A stretch of 64,000 bases of DNA from assembly GCA_902797685.1 (NCBI GenBank), contig CADBTQ010000012.1, positions 8,753 through 72,752 on the forward strand. The letters are read 5' to 3'. The stretch comes from an uncultured Eubacteriales bacterium. Lineage in GTDB: Bacteria; Bacillota; Clostridia; Christensenellales; CAG-1252. A model generated the notes under the pieces. That model did no database searches and was not told where the DNA came from. It was given only the letters and a program-made list of their open reading frames with translations. Both the position numbers and the translations under genes were made by a program. Positions 55,953-63,871 of this stretch are shown piece after piece (position 1 is the first letter of the stretch; every line of letters starts with the position of its first letter).

Positions 55953-57503
55953 TTAGCCTCCCAATTTGCTGATGATCTCGGGCAGACGGAGCACAAGTTG
56001 ATAAAAGCCCTCGAGGTAGCAGATGACAAAGCCGACCATACCCACGGTGGGGATGATCATATCGATAGACGAAGGCTTGTAGGTGCGTGTGTACGAAAAC
56101 AGCATGATGAACGGTATCACCAAAAGCAGCACGAAAGACTGTCCGAACCCGAGCCGTTGGGCGAGATCCGCTCCCGACACCACCCCCTCGATGACGAGCG
56201 GACTCGTTTTTTCGATGACGGCGGCAACGACAAAATACAGTATGATATCCAATATGGCGACGACCAACAAAAAGACGGACGCCGAAATAGAGAAATGCAA
56301 CGAATTGAGGTTGGTCTTAAGAAAGGCTTGATATTCCTCTCTGCTTTTGCCTCGGTGCAAAAACACCCTCTCGCGGTTTTTGATAAAGAACGACAACCCG
56401 ATAAAAGTCAAAAAGGTCAAAGGCGCCTTGGTGGTCAGGAAGGGGAACACGTAAACGGGCACGTTGAGTTCGGGGTGCAATACGCACAGGTATTTGGCGA
56501 CGAACGAACCCACCTCGTACAATACGGGCAAAATGGCAAGCAGGCGGAATAGTACCAGTTTTTTGCCCACGAACACTTTTTTGGGAGTGTAATTGACAAA
56601 AAAGGTAAACAGCGTGCAGACGAACAAATCGACGAAAATGTTGAACGCCATGTATCCCTTCCCGGAGAAAGACTTGAACAGAGTGCTTGCCGTCGCCGCC
56701 GCGTCCGTTCCCTCCGAGCCGTCGGCCATCATTTTGATAATGCCCAAAAGGTATCGCTGGTACAACAGCATAAACGCGCCGAACACGAGAAGCGCCATAA
56801 ACGCGTAAGTCGCCAACAATCGCTGATAACCGTTTTTGGCGTTGATGATGACCGCGAAATTCGCCATCAAAAACAAAGGGACGGACAAGGTGCCGAATAT
56901 CTGCAAAAAGACGACCAAGCCGCTAAACTTCATGAGTTTGGCGTCGAAGCGCATGCCCAAAGACAAGATCAAAGCGACCTGGGTGCCGATAATGGCAAGC
57001 CAGGCGAAAACGCGAAGATAACGATAAGACAACGGTCCGCGGTAGCGGATATCGTTTGCCAACGTGACCTCGTCGATCCGACGACGGCGTTTCCCTTTGC
57101 GTTTTTTCCCTTTGCGCCGGGTTTCGCCGTCCGCGGTCGTGTCGGCGGGGACTTCTCCCTCTTGCGTTACGACCGACTCGACGAGCTCCTCCTCTTGCAC
57201 GCCGTTTGCGTCGTCCGAAGTATCGGCTGCCCCGTCCGTCTCGGACGCCGCATCGGACTCGGCGGGCAACTCCTTTGGGGTTTGCTCAATGAAGGCAGCT
57301 CCCTCGCCGTCTTGCGCAACCGCCGTCTCTTCATTCCCCGACGCTTCGTGATCCTGTCGGGAGTCGATCGAGGCGACCGAGACTGCATTTTGAGGGGTCA
57401 CATCTTCTTCCTTATCCACAAAAACATCCTCGGCGGGAGCCAAGGGTGCTTTTGGGGTGTCGCTTGTTTGAGCGGGATCGACCCGTTCCGATTTACGTTT
57501 CAT
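55953..57503 (-). CDS. Polytopic membrane protein with a ~140-aa acidic disordered N-terminus and a polybasic patch; unknown function
   Basis: 516 aa with RRKGKKRKGKRRRR before the first of ~9-10 hydrophobic helices. Its stop is 3 nt from the next start, whose RBS (GGGAGG) lies inside its last codons. Confidence 0.7.
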   Translation of the reverse strand: MKRKSERVDPAQTSDTPKAPLAPAEDVFVDKEEDVTPQNAVSVASIDSRQDHEASGNEETAVAQDGEGAAFIEQTPKELPAESDAASETDGAADTSDDANGVQEEELVESVVTQEGEVPADTTADGETRRKGKKRKGKRRRRIDEVTLANDIRYRGPLSYRYLRVFAWLAIIGTQVALILSLGMRFDAKLMKFSGLVVFLQIFGTLSVPLFLMANFAVIINAKNGYQRLLATYAFMALLVFGAFMLLYQRYLLGIIKMMADGSEGTDAAATASTLFKSFSGKGYMAFNIFVDLFVCTLFTFFVNYTPKKVFVGKKLVLFRLLAILPVLYEVGSFVAKYLCVLHPELNVPVYVFPFLTTKAPLTFLTFIGLSFFIKNRERVFLHRGKSREEYQAFLKTNLNSLHFSISASVFLLVVAILDIILYFVVAAVIEKTSPLVIEGVVSGADLAQRLGFGQSFVLLLVIPFIMLFSYTRTYKPSSIDMIIPTVGMVGFVICYLEGFYQLVLRLPEIISKLGG

Positions 57504-57554
57504 AAGCTATCCTTATGGCCGCCGCACCCAAAGGCAAAGGCGGCTCGTATGTCG

Positions 57555-58628
57555 TCAGGAATTGGTTTTGCGGACGTTTGCGCCGTAAATGGTCGTCCAG
57601 TCGTCGCGCATGGAGATGACGTGGAAGCCCTCGGCTTTCCATTGCTCGCCGAGCTTTTCGGCTTTGACGGTATTGCCGTAATCGCGCGCTTCGTCGTTGG
57701 CGATCAACATAAACACCGCGGCTTTGTAGCGGTTGCGGGTCACGGTGTAGCGGTGCATGCTGACGTCGCCCGAACTGTTGCCGAAAGACAACACGGGTTG
57801 CTTGTCGATCTCTTGCACGATCTGCAACACTTTGTTGGTTTTGAGGTTTTTGACAAGCAAGGTATCGGTGCGCAACACCTCGTCGCCACGGGCGAATTGA
57901 TAATCGAGACTGTCCGCATCCCCTTGATCGGTCGCGCGGAGTTTGACGTCCATACCGATGATCTGCTCGTTGGGAATGTGGCAGGGCTCGCTTGCCAAGG
58001 CGCGGCAGATAAAGCGATCCGAACCCGAAACGATGTAGGTCTTAAACCCGTTTTGTTGCAAGTAGTCGATGACCTCGAGCATGGGCTGATAAAACGCCGA
58101 GCCGTAGGTCATGCCCGCAAACCCCTCGGGAGTCTTTTTGAGGAAGTCGGCAACGTAAGCCTCGAAGTCCTTGACGCTCATCCCCTCAAAAGCTTTGGCT
58201 TGCGCCAAGGCGTGTTGCATCGCCATATCCGAGGGATAGCTCCAATCGTGCTTGCTGTCGCGAATGAGTTGCGCCACTCTCTTCACCTCTTCGGGAGCCT
58301 CGTAGTTAGGATCGTCCAACCCGCGGTACTCGAGGAGCAAATACTCCAAATAGGTGGGGAACAATTCCCCGTACAGGGTGCCGTCCATATCGAACACGGC
58401 GATACGATCTTCCACGGGGATAAAGGTGTCCGCATTGTTGTCTGTCACCGATGCGACGTATTGTTTGAGTGCGGAGAGAGAGGAACAATCGTTCCAATAA
58501 TGAAAGCGATACTCGCTCTCCTCTTGTTTGCACCCCACGAAGGCGCAAGACGCCAAGACGACCGCCAGTACCAAAACGGCGATCACGAGGGAAGTCAATT
58601 TGCTTGCGTTGATTTTGCGATCATTCAT
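57555..58628 (-). CDS. HAD-superfamily (subfamily IB-like) hydrolase, probable lipoprotein
   Basis: Start trimmed to ATG 58628 after GAGGTG. The signal/lipobox is VLAVVLASCAFVGC, HAD motif I is VFDMDGTL, and later motifs are IVSGSD and FGNSSGD. Confidence 0.75.
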   Translation of the reverse strand: MNDRKINASKLTSLVIAVLVLAVVLASCAFVGCKQEESEYRFHYWNDCSSLSALKQYVASVTDNNADTFIPVEDRIAVFDMDGTLYGELFPTYLEYLLLEYRGLDDPNYEAPEEVKRVAQLIRDSKHDWSYPSDMAMQHALAQAKAFEGMSVKDFEAYVADFLKKTPEGFAGMTYGSAFYQPMLEVIDYLQQNGFKTYIVSGSDRFICRALASEPCHIPNEQIIGMDVKLRATDQGDADSLDYQFARGDEVLRTDTLLVKNLKTNKVLQIVQEIDKQPVLSFGNSSGDVSMHRYTVTRNRYKAAVFMLIANDEARDYGNTVKAEKLGEQWKAEGFHVISMRDDWTTIYGANVRKTNS

Positions 58629-58681
58629 AAAACACCTCGACATAAGGACGCCCGCTGATCAAGCGGAGCGTCGAATATTCG

Positions 58682-59332
58682 TTATTTGAGCATTTTGCGA
58701 CCTTTGTTGAGCAGGTCGAGGTAGTAGAGATAAGCGACGATCGACACCAAAGAGGTGGCGATGGAAGCGACCATACCGATGAGCCCGAGGACTTGGGCGG
58801 CACTTTCGTTGTTGACCAGACCCAACACCGCGCCCAGTAAATGCAACACGAATGCGGCGATGTACAAGCCGAGGATCAGTTTGAGATTGCGCACGCCGTG
58901 ATCGCGCACCTTGTCGTCCCCCACCGTCTCGGCAAGAGAAATGATACCGGTAATGACGAAGAAGGTCACAAAGATCTTGCACAGTTCGCCGACGGCGTTG
59001 CAGATGGGAGTATACGCGCCCAATTTGACCGATTGCAGAATGGTGCCGACCAAAGACGCCAAGATGCCCAACAAAATGCAGGCGAGCGCCTTGGTAAAAC
59101 GAGGTTCGTCCTTGCCCGCTTGGGAAGTGCCCACCAGTTGCAGGATAAACGCGACGAATGCCAAAACGCCCATAACGATCGCCAAAACGCCGGCGGCAGA
59201 CAGTACGGCGTCGTTGGACACGCCGAAGAAGGTCATCACCGCGGTGACGGCGACCAAGATGGCCGTGCAAACGGAGATCATCTCCGCGGCAAAAATGTTG
59301 GTAATGCCTTTGTAAGCTTTTTCAAATTGCAT
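58682..59332 (-). CDS. Six-TM membrane protein of unknown function
   Basis: 216-aa hydrophobic ORF co-directional with its neighbours. Confidence 0.6.
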   Translation of the reverse strand: MQFEKAYKGITNIFAAEMISVCTAILVAVTAVMTFFGVSNDAVLSAAGVLAIVMGVLAFVAFILQLVGTSQAGKDEPRFTKALACILLGILASLVGTILQSVKLGAYTPICNAVGELCKIFVTFFVITGIISLAETVGDDKVRDHGVRNLKLILGLYIAAFVLHLLGAVLGLVNNESAAQVLGLIGMVASIATSLVSIVAYLYYLDLLNKGRKMLK

Positions 59333-59359
59333 AGTCTATCTCCTTTTGTTGTCAAGGAT

Positions 59360-60160
59360 TTAACGACTGCTCGACGAAGAAGACGAGGAATTGCCTTGCA
59401 CTTTGGCGACGATCTGCAAGATCTTGAGGATGAGTTGCAAAAACTCGAGGATCAGATCGTTGATATATTGGATGTTGTACAACTTGAACAGTTGTTTCAT
59501 CATGTCGATCTCTTCGTCGGTCGCCATATTCTCCTCTTTGAGGATCTTGCAAGCGCGCGCTTGCGCCTTGACCTCGGTCTTGAGGGTCATGATAGACAGC
59601 ACGAAGGACACGACGTAGAACGCCAGACCCAACGCCGCCGAAATGACGGTCACGACGCCCGAGAAGTTGAAGAAGATCAAGTCGATGATGACGCCCACGC
59701 CGATCAAAGGGATAAAGGCGAAGGGTCCCAAGTACATCAAAGGGGTGAGAACGACGCGGGTGCGCATATCCTTGTCCCCTTCCTTATCCAAGATCGCCAA
59801 AGCCGATTTTTCGGCGCCTATCGCCAGCGAGGTAATGGACGGCTTGCGGGTCGTCAATCTTCTCAAACGGACTTTTTTGAAGTAGTGGGAGTAGCTGTTG
59901 CCGAAAAGCATGGAGCCCACGACCGACACTTTGATCTTTTGCAGGCCGTTTTGGTCGAGGATGCGTCTTGCCGCTTGCTCGCCCGTCAAGCCGCGGGAGT
60001 TTTGGCGACGATTGTACACCATGTACTTGATCGACAACCAAATGGAGATGACGATCGACACGGCGGCGACTGCCGCGATCAAACAAGCGACGATAAAGAT
60101 CGCCCATTGCAGCGCGGGAGACACGTTTTCGAACTGCTCTACGTTTTCAAATAAAGGCAT
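59360..60160 (-). CDS. YugP-like (Zn_peptidase_2 family) membrane protein lacking the HExxH motif, with a C-terminal poly-Ser tail
   Basis: Start trimmed to ATG 60160 after GGAGGG. GLTGEQAARRILDQNGL resembles YugP. The position of HExxH reads AEKSA. The protein ends QGNSSSSSSSSR. Confidence 0.55.
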   Translation of the reverse strand: MPLFENVEQFENVSPALQWAIFIVACLIAAVAAVSIVISIWLSIKYMVYNRRQNSRGLTGEQAARRILDQNGLQKIKVSVVGSMLFGNSYSHYFKKVRLRRLTTRKPSITSLAIGAEKSALAILDKEGDKDMRTRVVLTPLMYLGPFAFIPLIGVGVIIDLIFFNFSGVVTVISAALGLAFYVVSFVLSIMTLKTEVKAQARACKILKEENMATDEEIDMMKQLFKLYNIQYINDLILEFLQLILKILQIVAKVQGNSSSSSSSSR

Positions 60161-60301
60161 ATCCGATACCCTCCGTAAATATAATATATTATATTGTAAC
60201 ACATACCCGCATAGGTTTGCATAGTGTTTTGAACAAAAAACCACCAAATTATCTTTTTTTGTTCCCGACTCAGGCGTTTTCCGAAATTATGGCAAAGCGG
60301 T

Positions 60302-60331
60302 TTGACTTTATGAGTCCTTTGTCGCTACAAT
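60302..60331 (+). promoter_or_regulatory. Candidate cstA promoter
   Basis: TTGACT (60302-60307), an 18-nt spacer, then TACAAT (60326-60331). Confidence 0.4.
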
Positions 60332-60373
60332 AGAACCGCGGATACTCTTTTGTCTTTGGAGATAGGATCGGAC

Positions 60374-61897
60374 ATGATTACTTTCTTTGTTGCGTTGGTA
60401 TTGCTGGTAGTGGGCTATTTCGTCTATAGCCGCGTGAGTGAAAAGATCTTTGCGATCGACTCTCGTCCCACGCCCGCCGTCGCTCATCCCGACGGCGTGG
60501 ACATCACCCCTTTGCCCAAATGGAAAGCGTTTTTGATCGAACTTCTTAACATCGCGGGCACAGGTCCTATTTTCGGCGCGATCAGCGGCGCGCTCTTTGG
60601 ACCCGTCGTCTTTTTGTGGATCGTGCTGGGCTGTATCTTGGGCGGCGCGGTACACGACTATTTTTCGGGTATGATCTCCTCCCGCAACGGCGGGCAGTCC
60701 ATCGTCAAGTTGTCTGGGCGTTATCTCGGCAAGGCGGCGGAAGTGGTCATGCGTATCTTTTCGGTCATTTTGCTCATTTTGGTGACCGCGGTATTCGTGG
60801 TCTCCCCCTCTACGCTGCTCGAATCGCTGACAGGCGGCAAGGTCTTTGCCTGGATATGGATGATCGTTATCCTCGTGTACTACCTCGTCAGTACCCTCGT
60901 GCCCATCGACAAAGTGATCGGCAAACTCTACCCCGTCTTCGGGGTCGTCCTCATTACCATGGCGGTGGCGGTCATCGTCGGTATCATGGTCAAATCGGAT
61001 CGTTACCCCATGTTGGAGTTGATCGGCAACTTCCGCGACTTTTCGGCGGCTAACGGCGACCTGCCTTGGTGGCCGTTTATGATGACCACGGTGGCATGCG
61101 GTGCGGTCAGCGGCTTCCACGCCACCCAATCCCCCATGATCGCCAAGTGCATCAAGAGCGAAAAAGACGGCCGTCAGGTCTTTTACGGCGCGATGGTCGC
61201 CGAAGGGGTGATCGCCCTCATCTGGGCGGCGGCGGCAATGGCTTACTTCCGCGTGGATACGGCGGACGGTTGGAGCGCCTTAGCCGCGATCGGCGGCAAC
61301 TCCACCTCGGTCGATCAAATCGCGCGCGGGGTGCTGGGCAAAGTGGGTACCGTCCTTGCCATCGTGGGGGTCGTCATCTGCCCCGTCACCAGCGGCGACA
61401 CCGCATTGAGAAGCGCGCGTTTGATCGTGGGCGAGGTGTTCAAACTCGATCAAAAGAAGATCGTCAATCGCCTCATCCTCACCGTCCCCTTGTTCGCCGT
61501 CGTGATCGGCATCAGTATCTGGAACTTTATGGATCCCCACAATTTCAACTTGCTTTGGCATTGGTTCGCTTGGGCAAATCAATTTTTGGCGGCGATCTGC
61601 CTGTGGGTTTGCACGGGTTATTTGCTCAAAACCCATCTTAACAAGTACTCGTCCTTATTTACGGCTGTCCCCGCTGTATTTATGACGGTGGTGGTCGTGA
61701 CCTATTTGTTTGCCGAGCCCGAGATCGCGTTGGGGCGCGTTGTCCCCTACCCTATCGCTTTGATCGTGGGCGGATGCGTCACGCTTGTCCCCGCGATCTA
61801 CTACCTTTACAGGCTGTTTAGCCGTAGCGTGCTTATCGAGCCGGCGGACCTTCCGCCCGAACGCCCCGACGAAACGACGACGGTGCAAAACCCATAA
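60374..61897 (+). CDS. cstA: Carbon starvation protein A (peptide/pyruvate transporter family)
   Basis: Start trimmed to ATG 60374. FLIELLNIAGTGPIFGAISGALFGPVVFLWIVLGCILGGAVHDYFSG parallels E. coli CstA FAAIAGAGPLVGPVLAAQMGYLPG...AGAVQDF. Confidence 0.9.
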   Translation: MITFFVALVLLVVGYFVYSRVSEKIFAIDSRPTPAVAHPDGVDITPLPKWKAFLIELLNIAGTGPIFGAISGALFGPVVFLWIVLGCILGGAVHDYFSGMISSRNGGQSIVKLSGRYLGKAAEVVMRIFSVILLILVTAVFVVSPSTLLESLTGGKVFAWIWMIVILVYYLVSTLVPIDKVIGKLYPVFGVVLITMAVAVIVGIMVKSDRYPMLELIGNFRDFSAANGDLPWWPFMMTTVACGAVSGFHATQSPMIAKCIKSEKDGRQVFYGAMVAEGVIALIWAAAAMAYFRVDTADGWSALAAIGGNSTSVDQIARGVLGKVGTVLAIVGVVICPVTSGDTALRSARLIVGEVFKLDQKKIVNRLILTVPLFAVVIGISIWNFMDPHNFNLLWHWFAWANQFLAAICLWVCTGYLLKTHLNKYSSLFTAVPAVFMTVVVVTYLFAEPEIALGRVVPYPIALIVGGCVTLVPAIYYLYRLFSRSVLIEPADLPPERPDETTTVQNP

Positions 61898-61939
61898 AGG
61901 CGAGCCGTCTTGATCCCACCATATCTGGCGATAAAAATG

Positions 61940-61978
61940 AGGCAAACCGCAAAATGTAGCGATTTGCCTTTTTGTTTT
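61940..61978. terminator. Bidirectional terminator between cstA and the convergent lipoprotein gene
   Basis: AGGCAAA...TTTGCCT with an inner CGC/GCG extension, flanked by an A-run and a T-run. Confidence 0.6.
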
Positions 61979-61994
61979 GACATGAGATCTCGTC

Positions 61995-63308
61995 TTACTT
62001 GTTGTCGGTTTGATCTTCCCAATCGGACATATCGGGCAAGTCGATATGAGCGTTGCCGTAGACGATCGTCGCTGTGTACGTTAGGGTATGCTTGCCACCG
62101 TCTTGGTAGACGATCTCGGCCGTATAATCGATACTGGTGACGAGTCCGTTGCGAGAGATGGCGATCAGTTTGATCGACTCCTCGCCCTTTCCCGCCTCAA
62201 AGACCAGCGATTTTACTTCGTCGTCGGTATCGTCTTGGATCTTTTGGATCGTACATTGATACGAAGCGTCCTGAGGCAACATATCGACTTCGTCCATCTC
62301 GGGCATAAACACGGTAAAATAGTTGCGATATCCGCTCCCGTCCTCTTGATAGGCGTTGCCCTCGTCGGACTCTAACCCCGTCATATACTTGCCATCTTTG
62401 ACAAAGGCAAACAATTTGAGCACCTCACGATCGATGACGCACTTGTCCCCGTCGACGGTTTGAACAAAACTTCTTTCGTCGTCCTCGTCAAAACGTGTCC
62501 TTGCGGTCGCCACCAAATTGGTGCTTTTGAGCGACTCGGCAAAAAACTTTTCGTACGCTTTGAACGACGCTTCTTCTCCCTTGACGGTTTCCGCGTCCTT
62601 GTTGTGCCAATCGGACATATCGGGCAACTCGATATGAGCGGTGCCGTAGACAAAGGTCAGGGTCTCTTTTTCGGTGACAGGCTCGGTCGAGTCGGCGGGA
62701 ACGTAGGTGGACGTCGAGACGTAGCCGGTCACCAGACCGTCTTTCGCCGTAGCGGTCACTTCCAACTTTTCAACTCCCATGCTCGCCGTAAAGGTCAACG
62801 TGGCGTTCGCCTCGCCGGTGGCGCCTTTGGTGCCGACCTTGCCATTGACCGTCGTCTTGATCTCGCAGTGATATTGGACGTCGTCTTCGTCGATGACTAC
62901 GTCAAAACATTCGGCATAAGCATAGCGGTTTTGGTCGTAGGCGTCCTTATCCTCGGAGTAACGACCGCCGTCTTTGCCGACCACAGCCGACATGTATTTA
63001 CCGTCTTGGACATAATAATAAAGACTGATACCGTCCGTTTGGATCCAGCTTTTGTCCCCGTCGATGGTTTCGACGATGGTGGTGTCGTCCTCTCCGTACG
63101 TATACACGGTGGTGACTATCTGATTGGTATTGGCGAGGGTGTCCTCCACAAAGCCGTTAAACAGCGCCATGGCGTCCTCTTTGCCGTCGGCGGTCTCTTC
63201 AAAATTGCCGCTGCCGTCAAACTCGAAATGGCATCCGACAAGCGCGAACGAACACGCAAGGATGGCGACGATCGCGATCAAAGCGACCAAATACTTCGAC
63301 CGTTTCAT
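61995..63308 (-). CDS. Lipoprotein made of two homologous halves; unknown function
   Basis: 437 aa with the lipobox ILACSFALVGC. Both halves end VYG(T/N)AHI(E/D)LPDMSDW and share T.DGDK, V.DGKYM and GLVT motifs. Confidence 0.75.
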   Translation of the reverse strand: MKRSKYLVALIAIVAILACSFALVGCHFEFDGSGNFEETADGKEDAMALFNGFVEDTLANTNQIVTTVYTYGEDDTTIVETIDGDKSWIQTDGISLYYYVQDGKYMSAVVGKDGGRYSEDKDAYDQNRYAYAECFDVVIDEDDVQYHCEIKTTVNGKVGTKGATGEANATLTFTASMGVEKLEVTATAKDGLVTGYVSTSTYVPADSTEPVTEKETLTFVYGTAHIELPDMSDWHNKDAETVKGEEASFKAYEKFFAESLKSTNLVATARTRFDEDDERSFVQTVDGDKCVIDREVLKLFAFVKDGKYMTGLESDEGNAYQEDGSGYRNYFTVFMPEMDEVDMLPQDASYQCTIQKIQDDTDDEVKSLVFEAGKGEESIKLIAISRNGLVTSIDYTAEIVYQDGGKHTLTYTATIVYGNAHIDLPDMSDWEDQTDNK

Positions 63309-63634
63309 AGTATCCTCCTTAAGTTCTTATATCGATATTGTATCGCTTTTTCTTTGCCACTGTCAAACGGTCGTGGGCTAATCGACTGCTCCGCTATCTC
63401 TCCAAGTTACAAAAATAACCGATTATATATTCCGTTCGCGTTGCTCCCGACCACGCAAGGTTCACCATGGCAAAGCTCAATATGTTGTTATTGTGTAATC
63501 ACGATATATCTATATGTAGTATATCGATCGCAAAAACGCAGCGGTTTTGTCATCAAATCATTTTAATATTTTTGGCAAAGTATGCCAAACTATGTTCGCC
63601 AGTAGAACAAATCGCATATCTTGTTCCGCAAAAC

Positions 63635-63664
63635 AAAAAGACCACAACATATTGTGGTCTTTTT
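63635..63664. terminator. Hairpin terminator immediately 3' of the tRNA fragment
   Basis: AGACCACAA-cata-TTGTGGTCT flanked by A5 and T5. Confidence 0.7.
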
Positions 63665-63708
63665 GGCGTTCGTGGGCGGATTCGAACCGCCGGCGTTCCG
63701 CTTAGGAG
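63664..63708 (-). pseudogene. 3' fragment (anticodon loop to CCA) of a tRNA-Arg(CCU)-like gene; putative att core
   Basis: The minus strand reads CTCCTAA-GCGGA-ACGCC-GGCGG-TTCGAAT-CCGCC-CACGAAC-G-CCA. No matching 5' acceptor (GTTCGTG), D-arm or 5' anticodon-stem strand exists upstream. Confidence 0.6.
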
Positions 63709-63849
63709 CCATCGTAAACCCTCAAAATATCGTTTTTTCGGTGCAATTTCGTGCAAAAAGTGCGTTTTTTGCATTATTTTACTCGCATTTTCGTCATTTT
63801 TGACTGTTTTGCGCTCTATCTTTTATGCCATTTTCTGTTTTTCGTTCAA

Positions 63850-63871
63850 AAAGTATGCCAAAAGTATGCCA
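63850..63871 (+). repeat. Tandem 11-bp direct repeat AAAGTATGCCA x2, with a third identical copy at 63577-63587
   Basis: Read directly from the sequence. The copies flank the tRNA fragment on both sides in the same orientation. Confidence 0.8.

Noticed and set aside
57162-61129. Antisense ORFs 57162..58658 (+), 58841..60154 (+) and 60308..61129 (-)
   Set aside because: Each spans real genes on the opposite strand, in some cases two genes plus their spacer. Their composition is His/Asp/Arg/Gly-rich shadow sequence.
63664-63760. Complete tRNA gene on the minus strand
   Set aside because: Only the 3' ~45 nt fold as a tRNA. No 5' acceptor strand complementary to CACGAAC, no D-arm and no 5' anticodon-stem strand are present, so I called it a fragment.
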